Positions 1 to 11,236 are shown, numbered from the stretch's first letter. The stretch is 64,000 bases of DNA from an uncultured Coriobacteriia bacterium (GCA_963768865.1 CAVYJL010000008.1:9307-73306), one strand, 5' to 3'. Numbers and translations: made by a program. Notes: generated by a model not told the origin, from the sequence alone.

Positions 1-1037
1 GCGCGACGCGGAACTGCTGGACCTCGGCGTGGCCGCGAGCGCGGTGCGCGACCGGCTGCACCCCGAGGGCGAGGTCACGTTCATCGTGGACCGCAACGTG
101 AACTACACCAACGTGTGCGTGAGCGGTTGCCGGTTCTGCGCGTTCTACCGCGACGCGGACGACCCCGACGCCTACGTGCTCGCGCCCGACGAGCTCTACG
201 CGAAGGTCGAGGAGACGCTCGATCTCGAGGGCACGGCGATCCTTCTGCAGGGCGGCATGCACCCCGACCTGCCGCTCGAGTGGTACGAGGGCATGCTGCG
301 CGAGCTCAAGGCCCGCTACCCCATCCACGTGCACGGCTTCGGCCCGCCCGAGATCGTGCACCTGAGCAAGCTCTCCGGGCTCTCCACGCGCGAGGTGCTC
401 ACGCGCCTGCGCGACGCCGGTCTGGACTCGCTGCCCGGCGGCGGCGCCGAGATCCTCGTGGACTCCGTGCGCAGCCACGTCTCGCCCAAGAAGGCGACCT
501 CGGACCAGTGGCTCGACGTCATGCGTGAGTGCCACGACCTCGGCATATCCACGACCGCCACGATGATGTTCGGCGGCGTCGGAGACGGTCGAGGACCGCG
601 TCGAGCACCTGCGGCGCATGCGCGAGGTGCAGGACGAGGCCGTGGCCAAAGGCTCACGTGGGCTTCCGCGCGTTCATCCCCTGGAGCTTCCAGCCCGGCA
701 ACACCGACCTTGCCGAGGACGAAGCGGCGTCGGGCGCCGACCCCGACGCCGCCAGCGGCTACGAGTACCTGCGCACGCTCGCCGTGTCGCGCCTGTACCT
801 CGACAACGTGCCCAACATCCAGGCGTAGCTGGGTGACGCAGGGCGGCAAGATCGGCCAGGTCTCGCTCGTGCTTCGGCGCCAACGACATGGGCTCCACGA
901 TGATCGAGGAGAACGTGGTCGCGGCGGCCGGCACGCGCTTCATGCTCGCGCGCGACGAGCTCGTGCGCCTCGTGCGCGACGCCGGGTTCACGCCGGTGCA
1001 GCGCGACACGCTCTACCGGGAGGTCCGCCGGTTCTGA
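1..1037 (+). CDS. mqnC: Cyclic dehypoxanthine futalosine synthase (radical SAM); 5' end outside the window, several indels
   Basis: TFIVDRNVNYTNVCVSGCRFCAFYR (CxxxCxxC), LPGGGAEIL and TATMMFG. Continues in other frames as FIPWSFQPGNT, YLRTLAVSRLYLDN and GSTMIEENVVAAAG. Stop TGA at 1035-1037. Confidence 0.85.
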
Positions 1038-1043
1038 TCGCGC

Positions 1044-1068
1044 TCAAGACCCGCCGGCGCACGCCGAT
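1044..1068 (+). promoter_or_regulatory. Possible sigma28/FliA-type promoter (TCAA-N15-GCCGAT)
   Basis: tcaag at 1044-1048 and gccgat at 1063-1068, just before ATG 1078. A similar sequence lies at 49688-49713 before a paralogous gene. Confidence 0.4.
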
Positions 1069-1077
1069 GGTTCCCGT

Positions 1078-1722
1078 ATGGACGTCTTCTTCTTCTTCGT
1101 GATGATGCTGATCATCGGCGGGCTCGTGGTGGCCAACAACACGGGCGCTCGCGACGCTTTGCGCGAAGCACTGGGCCCGGAGATCGCCGACCAGCTCGGC
1201 ATCAAGGAACGGCCCCGGACTCCCCTGCCCCTCCCGAGCGCGCCGGTGGGCTTCGCGCTCATCCGCGAGCACGACCCCGCCTTCGACCTCACTCGCTTCT
1301 ACGAGACGGTGGCCGAGATGTTCGTGGCCGTGCGCCGGGCCGAGGCCGGCGGCGACGTGAGCAAGGTCCGCCACCTCGTGCGTGGCGAGGCTTGGGAGTA
1401 CCTCCAGCGCCGCGAGCCCGACGGCTTGGACGGCGACGTGAAGGTGAGCGGCGTGACCGCCACCACCGTCCGGCGCGAGGGCGACCGGGACATCGTGAGG
1501 GCGCGGATCGTGGCAAGGACCGCCTCAGGCACGCCCATCCAGCGCTACTGGAAGCTGGAGCGCGGTACTCGCGCCCTGACGCTGGCCCAGCCGAGCATCT
1601 GGAAGTGCCCGAACTGCGGCGGGCCCATCGACGGTGACGACCGCAGCCGATGCGCCTACTGCGGCGTACGGTTGGACGATCCGAACCTGGATTGGGTCGT
1701 GACCGAGATCCAGCAGGTCTGA
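1078..1722 (+). CDS. Tim44-like domain membrane protein with C-terminal zinc ribbon
   Basis: N-terminal TM helix, REHDPAFDLTRFYETVAEMF, YWKLER, CPNCG...CAYCG. Ends DPNLDWVVTEIQQV, like the paralogues at 53-55 kb. Confidence 0.75.
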   Translation: MDVFFFFVMMLIIGGLVVANNTGARDALREALGPEIADQLGIKERPRTPLPLPSAPVGFALIREHDPAFDLTRFYETVAEMFVAVRRAEAGGDVSKVRHLVRGEAWEYLQRREPDGLDGDVKVSGVTATTVRREGDRDIVRARIVARTASGTPIQRYWKLERGTRALTLAQPSIWKCPNCGGPIDGDDRSRCAYCGVRLDDPNLDWVVTEIQQV

Positions 1723-1733
1723 GGCGCCGCCGC

Positions 1734-2975
1734 CTACGGCCCCGCCTTCCCCTCGATCCACACGAAGAGCGCCTCGCGGTCGTCCTGGTGCGCGTTGACC
1801 AGGTTGATGGCCTCGGCACAGTGGTTGAGCTTGGCTACCGAGGCGTTGTAGGCGTTCACGTCCTGCGTGAGGCCGTCGAGCTCGTTGCGGTAGGCGTCGT
1901 AGGCGGAGGAGTACGCGTGGACGCGCCGGTTGATGTACGCGGTCTGGTCGGCCGCGGTCTCGATGCCGGCGCCACGCGCTGAGATCACCGTGACGTGCGG
2001 CTGAGAGGTCAGCGTGATCGTGCCGTTTGCGCCGTACGAATCGCCCACCTCACCCACGAGCGACGGGCTCGTGCACTCCACGAACGCGTAGCCGGTGCCC
2101 TTGTAGCCGGCACCCTGGGTCTTGATGCCCACCGCCATGTGCGACTCGGGCGCGAAGTCCAGCAGCGATACGGCGTAGCCCTCATGCTGGAGGAGCGCCG
2201 CGAGCAGCAGCGACTTGTCGCCGCACACGCCGGTGCCGTCCACCGCCGTCGCCACCGGATAGCGGGTGTCGCCCTTGGCCGCCGCGGCCTTGAAGTCGTA
2301 CGGCATCTGCTGCACCCAGGCGGCCATGAGCTCGGCGTATTCGTCGGCGCCCAGCTCTCGCGCGTCGCGGATGCGCCGGAACGATCCGGCCAGCGAATCC
2401 AGGAACGCCTGCTGATGCTGGTCGTCGATCGCGTCTCGCCACAGCCGCCCGGAGAAGTCTCGCCTGTCCTCGCCCGGCCTCATCACGCCTTGCATGGGCC
2501 GGCCGGTGGACCACTGCAGATCGGTGAGCGGAGCGTCGAAACCCACCCGCTCCCGATGGCCCTGGAACCGGAAGGTCTGGACCACCGCCATCGTCGACCC
2601 GCTACGCTCCTTGGAGATCACGTGGAACCCTGCCGAGTCCGCATCCTCCAGCCGCCGGATGAGCGTCTCGCGCGAGTGCTTGATCCCGCGCAGTAGCGTC
2701 GGGTCGGGAGCCGGAGCCGTGACGGGGGCGGCAGGCTTGGGAGCGGGCGTGGCGGGCGGCGCCGTGGCGGTCGCGGTGCCCCCCGAGTACCCCCATGCCG
2801 AGGGCGCGAGCGGGCTCGGCACCGCATGGCCGGTGAACGTCAGCAGCTGGCGGTCCCAAGCGGCCACGGTGGCGGTGGGCTGGACGGCCGCGAACCACAG
2901 CAGTGCCGCGCCCGCGCACACCGCCATGGCGGTGACGTACAGGCGGGTGTGGCGATGCGAGCGGTGTTTGGACAC
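1734..2975 (-). CDS. Membrane-anchored or secreted transglutaminase-like (papain-fold) protein
   Basis: GTG start after AGGAGA, hydrophobic N-terminus, Pro/Ala linker, VQQMPY...GVCGDKSLLLAALL...HMAVGI...FVECT. Confidence 0.65.
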   Translation of the reverse strand: MSKHRSHRHTRLYVTAMAVCAGAALLWFAAVQPTATVAAWDRQLLTFTGHAVPSPLAPSAWGYSGGTATATAPPATPAPKPAAPVTAPAPDPTLLRGIKHSRETLIRRLEDADSAGFHVISKERSGSTMAVVQTFRFQGHRERVGFDAPLTDLQWSTGRPMQGVMRPGEDRRDFSGRLWRDAIDDQHQQAFLDSLAGSFRRIRDARELGADEYAELMAAWVQQMPYDFKAAAAKGDTRYPVATAVDGTGVCGDKSLLLAALLQHEGYAVSLLDFAPESHMAVGIKTQGAGYKGTGYAFVECTSPSLVGEVGDSYGANGTITLTSQPHVTVISARGAGIETAADQTAYINRRVHAYSSAYDAYRNELDGLTQDVNAYNASVAKLNHCAEAINLVNAHQDDREALFVWIEGKAGP

Positions 2976-3088
2976 GACGTCTCCTGCTGGTGGGCGCGCC
3001 CCTTCCATACCCGACGCGAAGGCGAAATCCGTGCCGGATGCGGGCTGGCCCGGGTACATGGACTCGTACCTCTTCATCAGGAGCGGCC

Positions 3089-3800
3089 GATGGACACGCG
3101 GGACCACGGAGGGATGACAAGGCGGCAGCTCGTCGTGGGGCTGAGCGCCAGCGCGATGGCCGTCCTCGTCTGGGGCTGCGCGCGCCCGCCCAAGATCCCG
3201 GCGGGCACGCCCACCTCGGCAGAGCTGGAGAAGTCGCAGCTCGCGGTGTACCAAGGGCAGACGCTGGACTCGATCACGACGTCACGTGAGAACTCGATCG
3301 AAGGCATCCAGTACGTGGATGTGAAGACGTGGAAGCTGACGGTCGACGGCTTGGTGACCAAGCCCACGACGTACACGTACGACGAGCTGCTGAGCAAGTT
3401 CCAGCACGTGAAGCGCGTCGCTCACCTGGACTGCGTGGAGGGCTGGGGCGAGACCAACCTGTGGGAGGGCGTCCTGATCAAGGACGTGCTCAACGCAGTG
3501 GGCGTCAAGCCGGAGGCCAAGGTCGTGATACTGCACGCGCATGACGGCTACACGACGTCGTACCCGGTGCAGTACCTGCTCTCGGACCAGCGCCAGCTCA
3601 CGTTCTCGCTAAACGGTGTCACGCTCACCGCCGAGCGCGGCTACCCGCTGCGGCTCGCCGTCTGGGACAAGTGGGGCTACAAGTGGATCCGCTGGGTCGA
3701 GCACCTGGAGCTCTCCGCCGACGAGAACTACCGGGGCTACTGGGAGAGCCGCGGCTACAGCAACGACGGGGCGCGCAACCAGCCGTCCACGGGTCCGTAG
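3089..3800 (+). CDS. Tat-exported molybdopterin oxidoreductase (sulfite oxidase/MsrP-like catalytic domain)
   Basis: TRRQLV twin-arginine motif, LDCVEGW, RGYPLRL, GYKWIRWV, GYWESRGY. Confidence 0.8.
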
Positions 3801-3822
3801 CGGGACTTGGCGGCGCTTCTCG

Positions 3823-4678
3823 TCAGTAGCGCGCGGGCACGAACCTCTGGCTGTCCATCGGCACCCTGACGTAGCGCTCGCTGGGCGCCTTGCGCGGTGG
3901 GAGCTCTTCGTGCGGTTGGAGCACGTCCCGGTACGGGACGATGCTGAGAAGGTGGCAGATGCAGTTGAGCCGCGCGCTCTTCTTGTGCTCGCCGTCCACG
4001 ACCCACCATGGTGAGTCCGCGGTGTCGGTGAACTGGAACATCTCGTCCTTGGCGCGCGAGTACTCCTCCCACCGATTGCGGTCCTCCATGTCCATCTCCG
4101 AGAACTTCCAGCGCTTCAGCGGGTCCTCGAGCCGAGCTTTGAAGCGGCGATCCTGCTCCTCGTCGGACACCGAGAACCAGTACTTGACCAGGATGATCCC
4201 GGAGCGGATGAGCATGCCCTCGAACTCCGGGCAGTCGCGGTAGAACTGCTGCACCTCCTCCGGGGTGGCGAAGCCCATCACGCGCTCCACACCCGCGCGG
4301 TTGTACCAGGACCGGTCGAACAGGACGATCTCGCCGGCCGCGGGGAGCTGCGCCACGTAGCGCTGGAAGTACCACTGCGTGCGCTCGCGCTCCGTGGGGG
4401 TGGGCAGCGCGACCACGCGCACGACGCGCGGGTTCAGCGGCTCCGTCGATCCGCTTGATGGTGCCGCCCTTCCCGGCCCCGCCTCGGCCCTCGAACAGGA
4501 CGACGACCTTCAGACCCTGCGTGCGCACCCACTCCTGCAGCTTCACGAGCTCGAGGTGGAGCTTGAGCAGCTCCTCGTTGTAGCGTTCCTCGGAGAGCTT
4601 GCCGTGCTTGCGCGCGACCGCGGGCGGCTTCGCGTCTCCACCCTTGCCGGAACGGCCACTTCGGTGATGGTCGCTCAT
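3823..4678 (-). CDS. ppk2: Polyphosphate kinase 2 (indel near 4440)
   Basis: LVKLQEWV...FEGR..AGKGGTIKR, then LPTPTERERTQWYFQRY, FDRSWYNRAGVERVMGF and KKSARLNCI. Confidence 0.9.
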
Positions 4679-4871
4679 CGTCCGCTCCCCCCTGGTTGCC
4701 GTATTGGCGTTGTACCCAGTGTAGGAGGAGTGCCGAGACCGCGCTTCGGCGGGAGCGCCGGGACCGGCTCGCGCGCGGGGTCGGGCGCAGCTCGGCCGGA
4801 CGGGAAACGCGCGTGCAACGCTCCTCGGGCATAGTTCGTAGTACGGCCACGCCGGATCAGGAGGGTTTGGG

Positions 4872-5081
4872 ATGAAGCTCAGCGCCCGCAACACGTTCAA
4901 GGGCACCATCGTGGAGGTCCAGAAGGGCGTCGTCACCGGCGAGATCAAGGTGGACATCGGCGACGGCAAGATCGTCTCCGCGACCGTGACGATGGACGCG
5001 GTCACCGATCTCGACATGAAGGTGGGCGACGAGGTCTGGACCTTGTGGAAGGCCTCCGCGGTCATCGTGGCCAAGGAGTAG
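4872..5081 (+). CDS. mop: TOBE-domain molybdate-binding protein (molbindin/Mop)
   Basis: MKLSARNTFKGTIVEV...KASAVIV; 69 aa; directly upstream of modABC. Confidence 0.9.
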   Translation: MKLSARNTFKGTIVEVQKGVVTGEIKVDIGDGKIVSATVTMDAVTDLDMKVGDEVWTLWKASAVIVAKE

Positions 5082-5214
5082 ACGGGGCGGTCGTATTCGG
5101 GGGCGCAATGCGTTTGCGGCGGGTTTCTTATATTCTGGCAACCTCTTGGTCGCCGTCCCGCAACACTCGGCCCGCATGATCGCAGGAAGAAACCGAGTCG
5201 CAGGAGGTCCCCGT

Positions 5215-6063
5215 ATGAAACGCTCGTTGTTCGCCGGTGCCGCCGCCCTAGCTCTGCTCGCGGGCGTGGCCCTGGGCGGTTGCTCGTCCGCCGCCACGCC
5301 CACCACTCCCGCCACGCCCACTCCCGCAGCCGCGACGTCCACTGCAGCGCCCGCCGCGCAGCTCACGATCAGCGCGGCGCAGAGCTTGAAGAAGCCGCTC
5401 ACGCAGCTCGCCAAGACGTACGAGGCGCAGCACCCGGGCACGACGCTGACCTTCAACTACGGCGGCTCCGGCCAGCTCGCGCAGCAGATCCAGCAGGGCG
5501 CGCCGGTGGACCTGTTCCTGTCCGCCTCGGCAAAGGATCCGACGGCGCTGCAGGCCAAGGGGCTCGTGGAGCCCGGCAGCTACCTGCCGTTCCTGTCCAA
5601 CACGCTCGTCGTCGCCGTCCCCAAGGGGAACCCGGCCGGCGTGCGTGACCTCCAGGGCTTCGCGGACGCCGGGGTGAAGAAGTGGGTCACCGGCAACCCG
5701 GCGTCGGTGCCGCACGGCGCTTACGCGCAGCAGTCGTTCGAGAAGCTCGGCATCTGGGACGCGGTGAAGCCCAAAGCGGTGTTCTCGGAGAACGTGGCGC
5801 AGACGCTCACGTACATCGAGCAGGGCAGCGTGGACGCCGGCGTGCTGTTCCAGTCCGAGATCGGTTCCAGCACCGCCGCGCAGGTCGTGTACACCGTGCC
5901 CGACGACCTCCACAAGCCCATCGTGTACGTTGGAGTCGTGATCAAGGGCACCAAGAACGCCGAGGCCGCCAAGGCGTTCGAGGCGTTCGTGGCGGGCCCC
6001 GACGCCGTGAAGGTGTTCGAGGCGTACGGCTTCAAAGCGCTCCCCTCGATCGCCGGCAAGTAG
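5215..6063 (+). CDS. modA: Molybdate ABC transporter substrate-binding lipoprotein
   Basis: Lipobox LGGC, SAAQSL, YGGSGQLAQQIQQGAPVDLFLSA, VPHGAYA. Confidence 0.92.
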   Translation: MKRSLFAGAAALALLAGVALGGCSSAATPTTPATPTPAAATSTAAPAAQLTISAAQSLKKPLTQLAKTYEAQHPGTTLTFNYGGSGQLAQQIQQGAPVDLFLSASAKDPTALQAKGLVEPGSYLPFLSNTLVVAVPKGNPAGVRDLQGFADAGVKKWVTGNPASVPHGAYAQQSFEKLGIWDAVKPKAVFSENVAQTLTYIEQGSVDAGVLFQSEIGSSTAAQVVYTVPDDLHKPIVYVGVVIKGTKNAEAAKAFEAFVAGPDAVKVFEAYGFKALPSIAGK

Positions 6064-6132
6064 TCCCCGCGCATCGCGCGGCGCCGTCCGCGCGCGGCAC
6101 ACGATCCCGATGCTGGAGAAAGGAGAGACGCC

Positions 6133-6807
6133 ATGGATTGGACCACCGTGCTGGGCCCGTTGCGCCTCTCCTTCACGGTCGCGATAGGCACGACCATCGC
6201 GACCGCCACGCTAGGCACCGGCATCTCGTACCTGCTCGCCCGCCGGCGGTTCTGGGGCAAGGAGGCGCTCGACATCCTGCTCATGCTGCCGCTCGTGCTG
6301 CCGCCCACCGTCGTGGGCTACTACCTCGTGGCCCTGTTCTCGCCGCGCGGGCCGCTGGGCTCGGTGCTGGCGGGCGCGGGCGTGTCGGTCATGTTCACGC
6401 TGCTGGGAGCGGGTATCGCGAGCTTCGTCGTGTCGCTGCCGCTCATGATCAGCACCGCGCGGGCAGCGATCGAGGGCGTGGACACCAACCTCATCTCGGC
6501 CAGCTACACGTTGGGCCGAGGCGAGTGGGACACCGCGTTCCATGTGGTGCTGCCGCTGGCTCGTGGCGGCATCGCCGCGGGCATCATCCTCGCGTTCGCC
6601 CGCGCGCTGGGAGAGTTCGGCGCCACGCTCATGCTGGCCGGCAACATCCCCGGCCGCACCGACACCATGCCCATCGCCATCTACACCGCGTTCAACAGCG
6701 GCGACACGCTCACGGCCAACACGCTCGTGATCATCTTCACTGCGCTGTCCGCCGTGGTGCTCTACGCGGCGCACCGGCTCACGAGGGGGACCGGCCCATG
6801 GCGCTGA
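6133..6807 (+). CDS. modB: Molybdate ABC transporter permease
   Basis: LPLVLPPTVVGYYL and FARALGEFGATLMLAGNIPGRT. Confidence 0.93.
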   Translation: MDWTTVLGPLRLSFTVAIGTTIATATLGTGISYLLARRRFWGKEALDILLMLPLVLPPTVVGYYLVALFSPRGPLGSVLAGAGVSVMFTLLGAGIASFVVSLPLMISTARAAIEGVDTNLISASYTLGRGEWDTAFHVVLPLARGGIAAGIILAFARALGEFGATLMLAGNIPGRTDTMPIAIYTAFNSGDTLTANTLVIIFTALSAVVLYAAHRLTRGTGPWR

Positions 6808-7568
6808 CCCTTGCCTTACAGCGTAAACTCCCCGGCTTCGACCTGGACGTCTCATGGGAGGCGACCGACGAGACGGTCGTTCTCTTCGGCTATTCGGGCG
6901 CGGGCAAGAGCATGACGCTGCAGCTGCTGGCGGGCCTCGCGAAGCCCGACGCCGGGCGCGTGGTGCTGGACGGCGCCACGCTCTACGACCGCGACGCCCG
7001 GGTGAACGTGGCGCCGCAACGCCGGCCGTTCGGCTACGTGTTCCAGGAGCCCGCACTGTTCCCGCACATGACTGTGGAAGGCAACGTCGGCTACGGGTTG
7101 CACGGCGTGTCCGCCGCCGAGCGAGAGGCCCGGATCGCCGAGGCCGCCGAGTCGTTCGAGCTCTCCGCCCTCATGAAGCGCCGGCCCGCGGAGCTGTCCG
7201 GCGGTCAGCGCCAGCGCGTGGCGTTCGCTCGCACGATGGTGCGCCGGCCGAGCTGCCTGCTGCTCGACGAGCCGTTCTCGGCACTGGACGCCCCGGTGCG
7301 CGGGGAGATGCGCGAGCTGCTGCGTCAGGTGCGTGCGCGGACGGGCGTGCCCGTGGTGCTCGTCACGCACGACCTGCTGGAGGCTGTGACGATGGCCGAC
7401 CGGATGCTCGTGTACATCGGCGGCCGCGTCGTGCAGCAGGGCACGCCCGAGGCGGTCCTGAGCGATCCGGCTAACGAGCACGTGGCCGATCTCGTGGCGT
7501 CGCGCCGGTTCCTGCGGCTGCCCGGCCCCACCGGCGTGCCTCAGTTCGTCCTGCGCGGGTCGGGGTAG
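6798..7568 (+). CDS. modC: Molybdate ABC transporter ATP-binding protein
   Basis: GYSGAGKS, LSGGQRQRVA, LLLDEPFSALD; overlaps the modB stop. Confidence 0.9.
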   Translation: MALTLALQRKLPGFDLDVSWEATDETVVLFGYSGAGKSMTLQLLAGLAKPDAGRVVLDGATLYDRDARVNVAPQRRPFGYVFQEPALFPHMTVEGNVGYGLHGVSAAEREARIAEAAESFELSALMKRRPAELSGGQRQRVAFARTMVRRPSCLLLDEPFSALDAPVRGEMRELLRQVRARTGVPVVLVTHDLLEAVTMADRMLVYIGGRVVQQGTPEAVLSDPANEHVADLVASRRFLRLPGPTGVPQFVLRGSG

Positions 7569-7623
7569 GCCCTGGGCTCACGCGTGCTGGTGGCAGGCGC
7601 CGGCGCGGATGGCGCTGCGGCCG

Positions 7624-8910
7624 TCACGCCCTCCGGCTGGGCCGCTGGTGCGGGGACAACGTGCTTCCGCCCGCCACGATGTACGCGGCCGCGGCGGCGA
7701 CGAGCCCCGGGATGACGTAGCCTGCCGCGCCCGTGGACTCGGCCACGAACACGGCACCCGCGATGGGTGTTGCGTTGCCGGCCGCCAGGAACGCCGCCAT
7801 GCCCACGATCGGGAAGAGCGAGCCGGTGCGGGGGGCGAACGCTTCGAACGCCCCGCCCGCGATGGCTCCCATGGACACGAGCGGCACGAACGAGCCGCCC
7901 GACGCGCCGCTGCCCAGCGTCGCCACCACCGCGCCTCCGCGCAGCACGAACAGCAGCGCCGCCGCGAGGCCGATGTACCTCCCGGCGGAGGCGGCGTCGA
8001 TAAGCTGGTATCCGCTGCCTATCGCCAGCGGCGAGCCGAAGATCCAGAAGCTCGCGAGCCCGAACGCCCCGCACACGACGCCGCCGATCGCGGTGCGGGC
8101 TACGAGAGGGAGCTTGGTGCGCTGCGAGAAGGCCTCGGCTGTCTTGAGCGAGGCGACGAAGAGGCGTGCGGCCAGTCCCACGAACGCACCGAGGACGAGC
8201 GCGAGGAGCACGTGGGTCACGGTGGGCACGTATGCGCGGTCCACCGCGAAGAGGGGCTCCGGCCCCAGCATGGATATCGCCACCAGGTACGACGCGACCG
8301 AGGCCAGCATGGACGGGATCAGGGCCTCGCGAGCGAAATCGTCCGTGTACGGCATCTCGAGCGCGAAGATCAGACCCGTCAGCGGCGCTTTGAACACCGC
8401 GCTGATGCCGGCGGCGGCGCCGGCCACCAGAAGCGCGCGAACGTCGTCCTTCTCCAGGCCGGCTCTCGCCAGCCAGCGAGTCACGAGACCACCCAGCGAA
8501 CTGCCCACGTACAGGCTCGGCCCCTCGAGACCGGCGGCGCCCCCGAAGCCCACGGTGGAGACCGCGGCCGCCACCTTGGCCACGAACGAGCCCAGGCGGG
8601 TGTCGGCGAACCCTCCGTGGTATGCCTCGAGGTAGGCCTCGGCATCGTGGATGTCGGGGCGCTCGCTGAGGTAGCGCAACACCAGGCCGGACAGCAGGAT
8701 GCCGCCCGCCGGGACCAGGAACAGCAGCAACGCGCTGTTCGTCGCGAGGAGCCTCGGCCACATCACGTCGTTGGTTAGGAACCGCAGCCCGGTCACCACC
8801 AGGCCGGTGATCGCCCCAACCACGACCGCCGAGGCCAACAGAACCGCCTGCCCGCTCAGGCGGCGGGTAGCGGAGCCGCGGACGTGTGCCGCTCGCGCGT
8901 CGTCCATCAC
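7624..8910 (-). CDS. ClC-family chloride channel/transporter
   Basis: GLEGP, AGAAAGISAVFKAPLTG..FALE and GGSFVP; many TM helices. Confidence 0.88.
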   Translation of the reverse strand: MMDDARAAHVRGSATRRLSGQAVLLASAVVVGAITGLVVTGLRFLTNDVMWPRLLATNSALLLFLVPAGGILLSGLVLRYLSERPDIHDAEAYLEAYHGGFADTRLGSFVAKVAAAVSTVGFGGAAGLEGPSLYVGSSLGGLVTRWLARAGLEKDDVRALLVAGAAAGISAVFKAPLTGLIFALEMPYTDDFAREALIPSMLASVASYLVAISMLGPEPLFAVDRAYVPTVTHVLLALVLGAFVGLAARLFVASLKTAEAFSQRTKLPLVARTAIGGVVCGAFGLASFWIFGSPLAIGSGYQLIDAASAGRYIGLAAALLFVLRGGAVVATLGSGASGGSFVPLVSMGAIAGGAFEAFAPRTGSLFPIVGMAAFLAAGNATPIAGAVFVAESTGAAGYVIPGLVAAAAAYIVAGGSTLSPHQRPSRRA

Positions 8911-9653
8911 GCCCGCCGCGCCAGGATGTTCAGCCGCACGTAGTCCAGCCGAGGCTCAGGCAGCCGCGACGCGACCTCGTGCACGAAGGGCGCGCGCGCT
9001 TCCTCGGGCATGCGCTGCAGGTGCGAGCCCAGGATCACGGTGGCCAGGTAGGACTCGAAGTCCGCGGCAGGTATGTCCGTGGGCTCGTCGTTGAGCCAGA
9101 CCTCGATCTCGTCGAACCCGGCGGCCTCGAGGCGGGCCCGTGTCTCCTCGGGCGTCGCGAACGTCCACGTGTCCTCGCCCGTCACGCCCAGATCGCGTAC
9201 CGCGCCCAGGACGCCGGCGAGGTTGCCCGAGCCGCCGCACTGCACCGCGAGACGGGCGCCGGGGCGCATGACCTGCGCGAGGTTGGCGAACAGAGCGTCG
9301 TGGTCCAGCACCCAGTGGAAGGTGGCGGTGGAGACCACTGCGTCCATGGAGGCGGGAGCGAGCGGCAGCGGCCGGGCCAGGTCGGCGCGCACGAACTCGA
9401 CACGGCCCTCCGCGTCGCCCAGGCGCTCGCGGGCCTGGCGCAGCATGTCCTCAGAGGCGTCGAGCGCGATCACGTGCCCGCGAGGCAGCCTGTCCAGTAG
9501 CTGCTCGGTCACGCGACCGCTCCCGCAGCCGGCGTCCAGAACGGTCTCGTCGCCCTCGAGCGTGAGCCGATCGAGCACCACCGAGCCCCAGCGTGTCATC
9601 GGATCGGCGATGCGGTCGTACGTGGTCGCGTCCCACTCTCGCGGCTGCGCCAT
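8907..9653 (-). CDS. Class I SAM methyltransferase (trans-aconitate methyltransferase-like)
   Basis: WDATTYDR, VLDAGCGSG, STATFHWV, DYVRLNI. Confidence 0.85.
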   Translation of the reverse strand: MAQPREWDATTYDRIADPMTRWGSVVLDRLTLEGDETVLDAGCGSGRVTEQLLDRLPRGHVIALDASEDMLRQARERLGDAEGRVEFVRADLARPLPLAPASMDAVVSTATFHWVLDHDALFANLAQVMRPGARLAVQCGGSGNLAGVLGAVRDLGVTGEDTWTFATPEETRARLEAAGFDEIEVWLNDEPTDIPAADFESYLATVILGSHLQRMPEEARAPFVHEVASRLPEPRLDYVRLNILARRA

Positions 9654-9759
9654 GATGGCCTCCTTCGCAGTAGCCGGGAGACTCGAGTATAGGATGGGCG
9701 CCCCGCGTCGCACCCGGACGCCTTTGTGCCGGTATCGCGCAGACGGTAGTCTCGTCCTC

Positions 9760-11236
9760 ATGAACGCGCGAGGGTTGATCGAGCAGATCCGATATCATCG
9801 CCAGCTTGGTGGCGGTGGGTGTGGTCATCCTCAGTCTGATCCTCGTGCCCCACGACAGCCATGTCGTGGCCGACAGGTTCACGCTCCTGGGCCTGCTCGC
9901 CGTCGCCATCGTCGCTCGGCTTGGCGGTGTGCGCTGGGGAGTGATCGCGGCCGTGGCGATCGTCCTGTTGATCGCGCTGCTGGAGCAGGGCCCGGAATCG
10001 ATCATCGCCCGCGAGGACACGTACATCGACTTGGTGGTGTTCCTCGCGATCGCCACGGTGATGGGCGTGCAGACCGGCCGATTGCGCGACCGGGAGGCAG
10101 ATGCGGTGGCCGCGGAGCGCCGGATGTCCTTGCTCAGCCGGATGAGCGCGGACTTGGTGAAGGACTCTCCCATCGAGACGGCGATCGGCGAATCGAGCGT
10201 CTTGCTCGAGCAGCTCGCGGGCACGGACACGGTAGTCGTGCGCGCCGGAGGGGATGAGGCGGTGCGGCGCCTGGCGGCTTCGACCGGCGAGGACATCGGT
10301 GCGCTCTTGGCCGATGCGCACACCACCGGTGGGCCCGGGGTGCTCCGTCTTCGCGATGGGGCTCTCGCCGTCCCCCTCGACTCCGGGTCCGGCAGGGAAG
10401 GCCTGATGTACGTGGGTCCCGGTACGGCGGCGCAACGCGCCGGGGACCTTGAGGCCCTGTCGTTCGCCGGTAAGGTGCTGGGCATGTATCTGGAGCGCAA
10501 ACGCCTCGAGGAGGCTGTAGCCAGGGCGGAGGCCATCCGGGAAGGCGATCGCCTCAAGGCCAACCTCATAACGTCGGTGTCGCATAGCCTCAAGACCCCG
10601 CTCGCGGCGGTGACCGCCGCGGTCACGAACGTTCAGGTGTCCAGCGCCGGCACGCTGAGTCGGGAAGCGCTGGGCGACCTGAGTTCCGCGGAACGCGATC
10701 TGAAGGTGCTCAACGAGCGCATCGGCGATGTCCTGGACCTCTCCAGGCTCGAGACCGAGAGCTGGCGCCCCAACGTCGACTGGAACGACATAGGCGAGGT
10801 CTGCCTCTCGGCCGTCTCGACGTTCACTGACGAACAGCGCGAGCGGATCACGTGGGCCGTTCCGGGATCGCTGCCCCCGGTTCGATTCGACTTCGTGCAG
10901 ATCGTGCGAGTCGTGCACCATCTCCTGGAGAATGCACTGGCATACTCGGGCGCCGAGCCAGTCACGATCGGGGCATCCGTGGACGACGAGCGTTGCCGGA
11001 TCTGGGTGGAGGACTCGGGACCCGGAGTGGACCCGGGCGAGCGCGAGGCCATCTTCGAGACGTTCCGCCGAGGGCGGGCATCGGGCGGGACCCAAGGCAC
11101 CGGCCTGGGACTCGCGATCGCGAGACAGATCGTGGACTCGCACGGCGGCAGGATCCTTATCGAGGACGTGGTGCCACGCGGCGCGCGATTCGTGGTGGAG
11201 CTGCCACGAGGAGGAGTACCCGACGATGACGCCTGA
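9760..11236 (+). CDS. KdpD-like sensor histidine kinase (DUF4118-type TM region); probable indel near the 5' end
   Basis: Four TM helices, SVSHSLKTPL H-box, LLENALAY, VEDSGPG, GTGLGLAI. Confidence 0.85.

Noticed and set aside
826..828. TAG inside mqnC as possible pyrrolysine or readthrough
   Set aside because: Removing one base restores IQASWVTQG, so this is an indel and not recoding.
5082..5214. Moco riboswitch or ModE box upstream of modA
   Set aside because: Only a short ctcgg/ccgag stem is visible and I cannot match either consensus by eye. An Infernal search would be needed.
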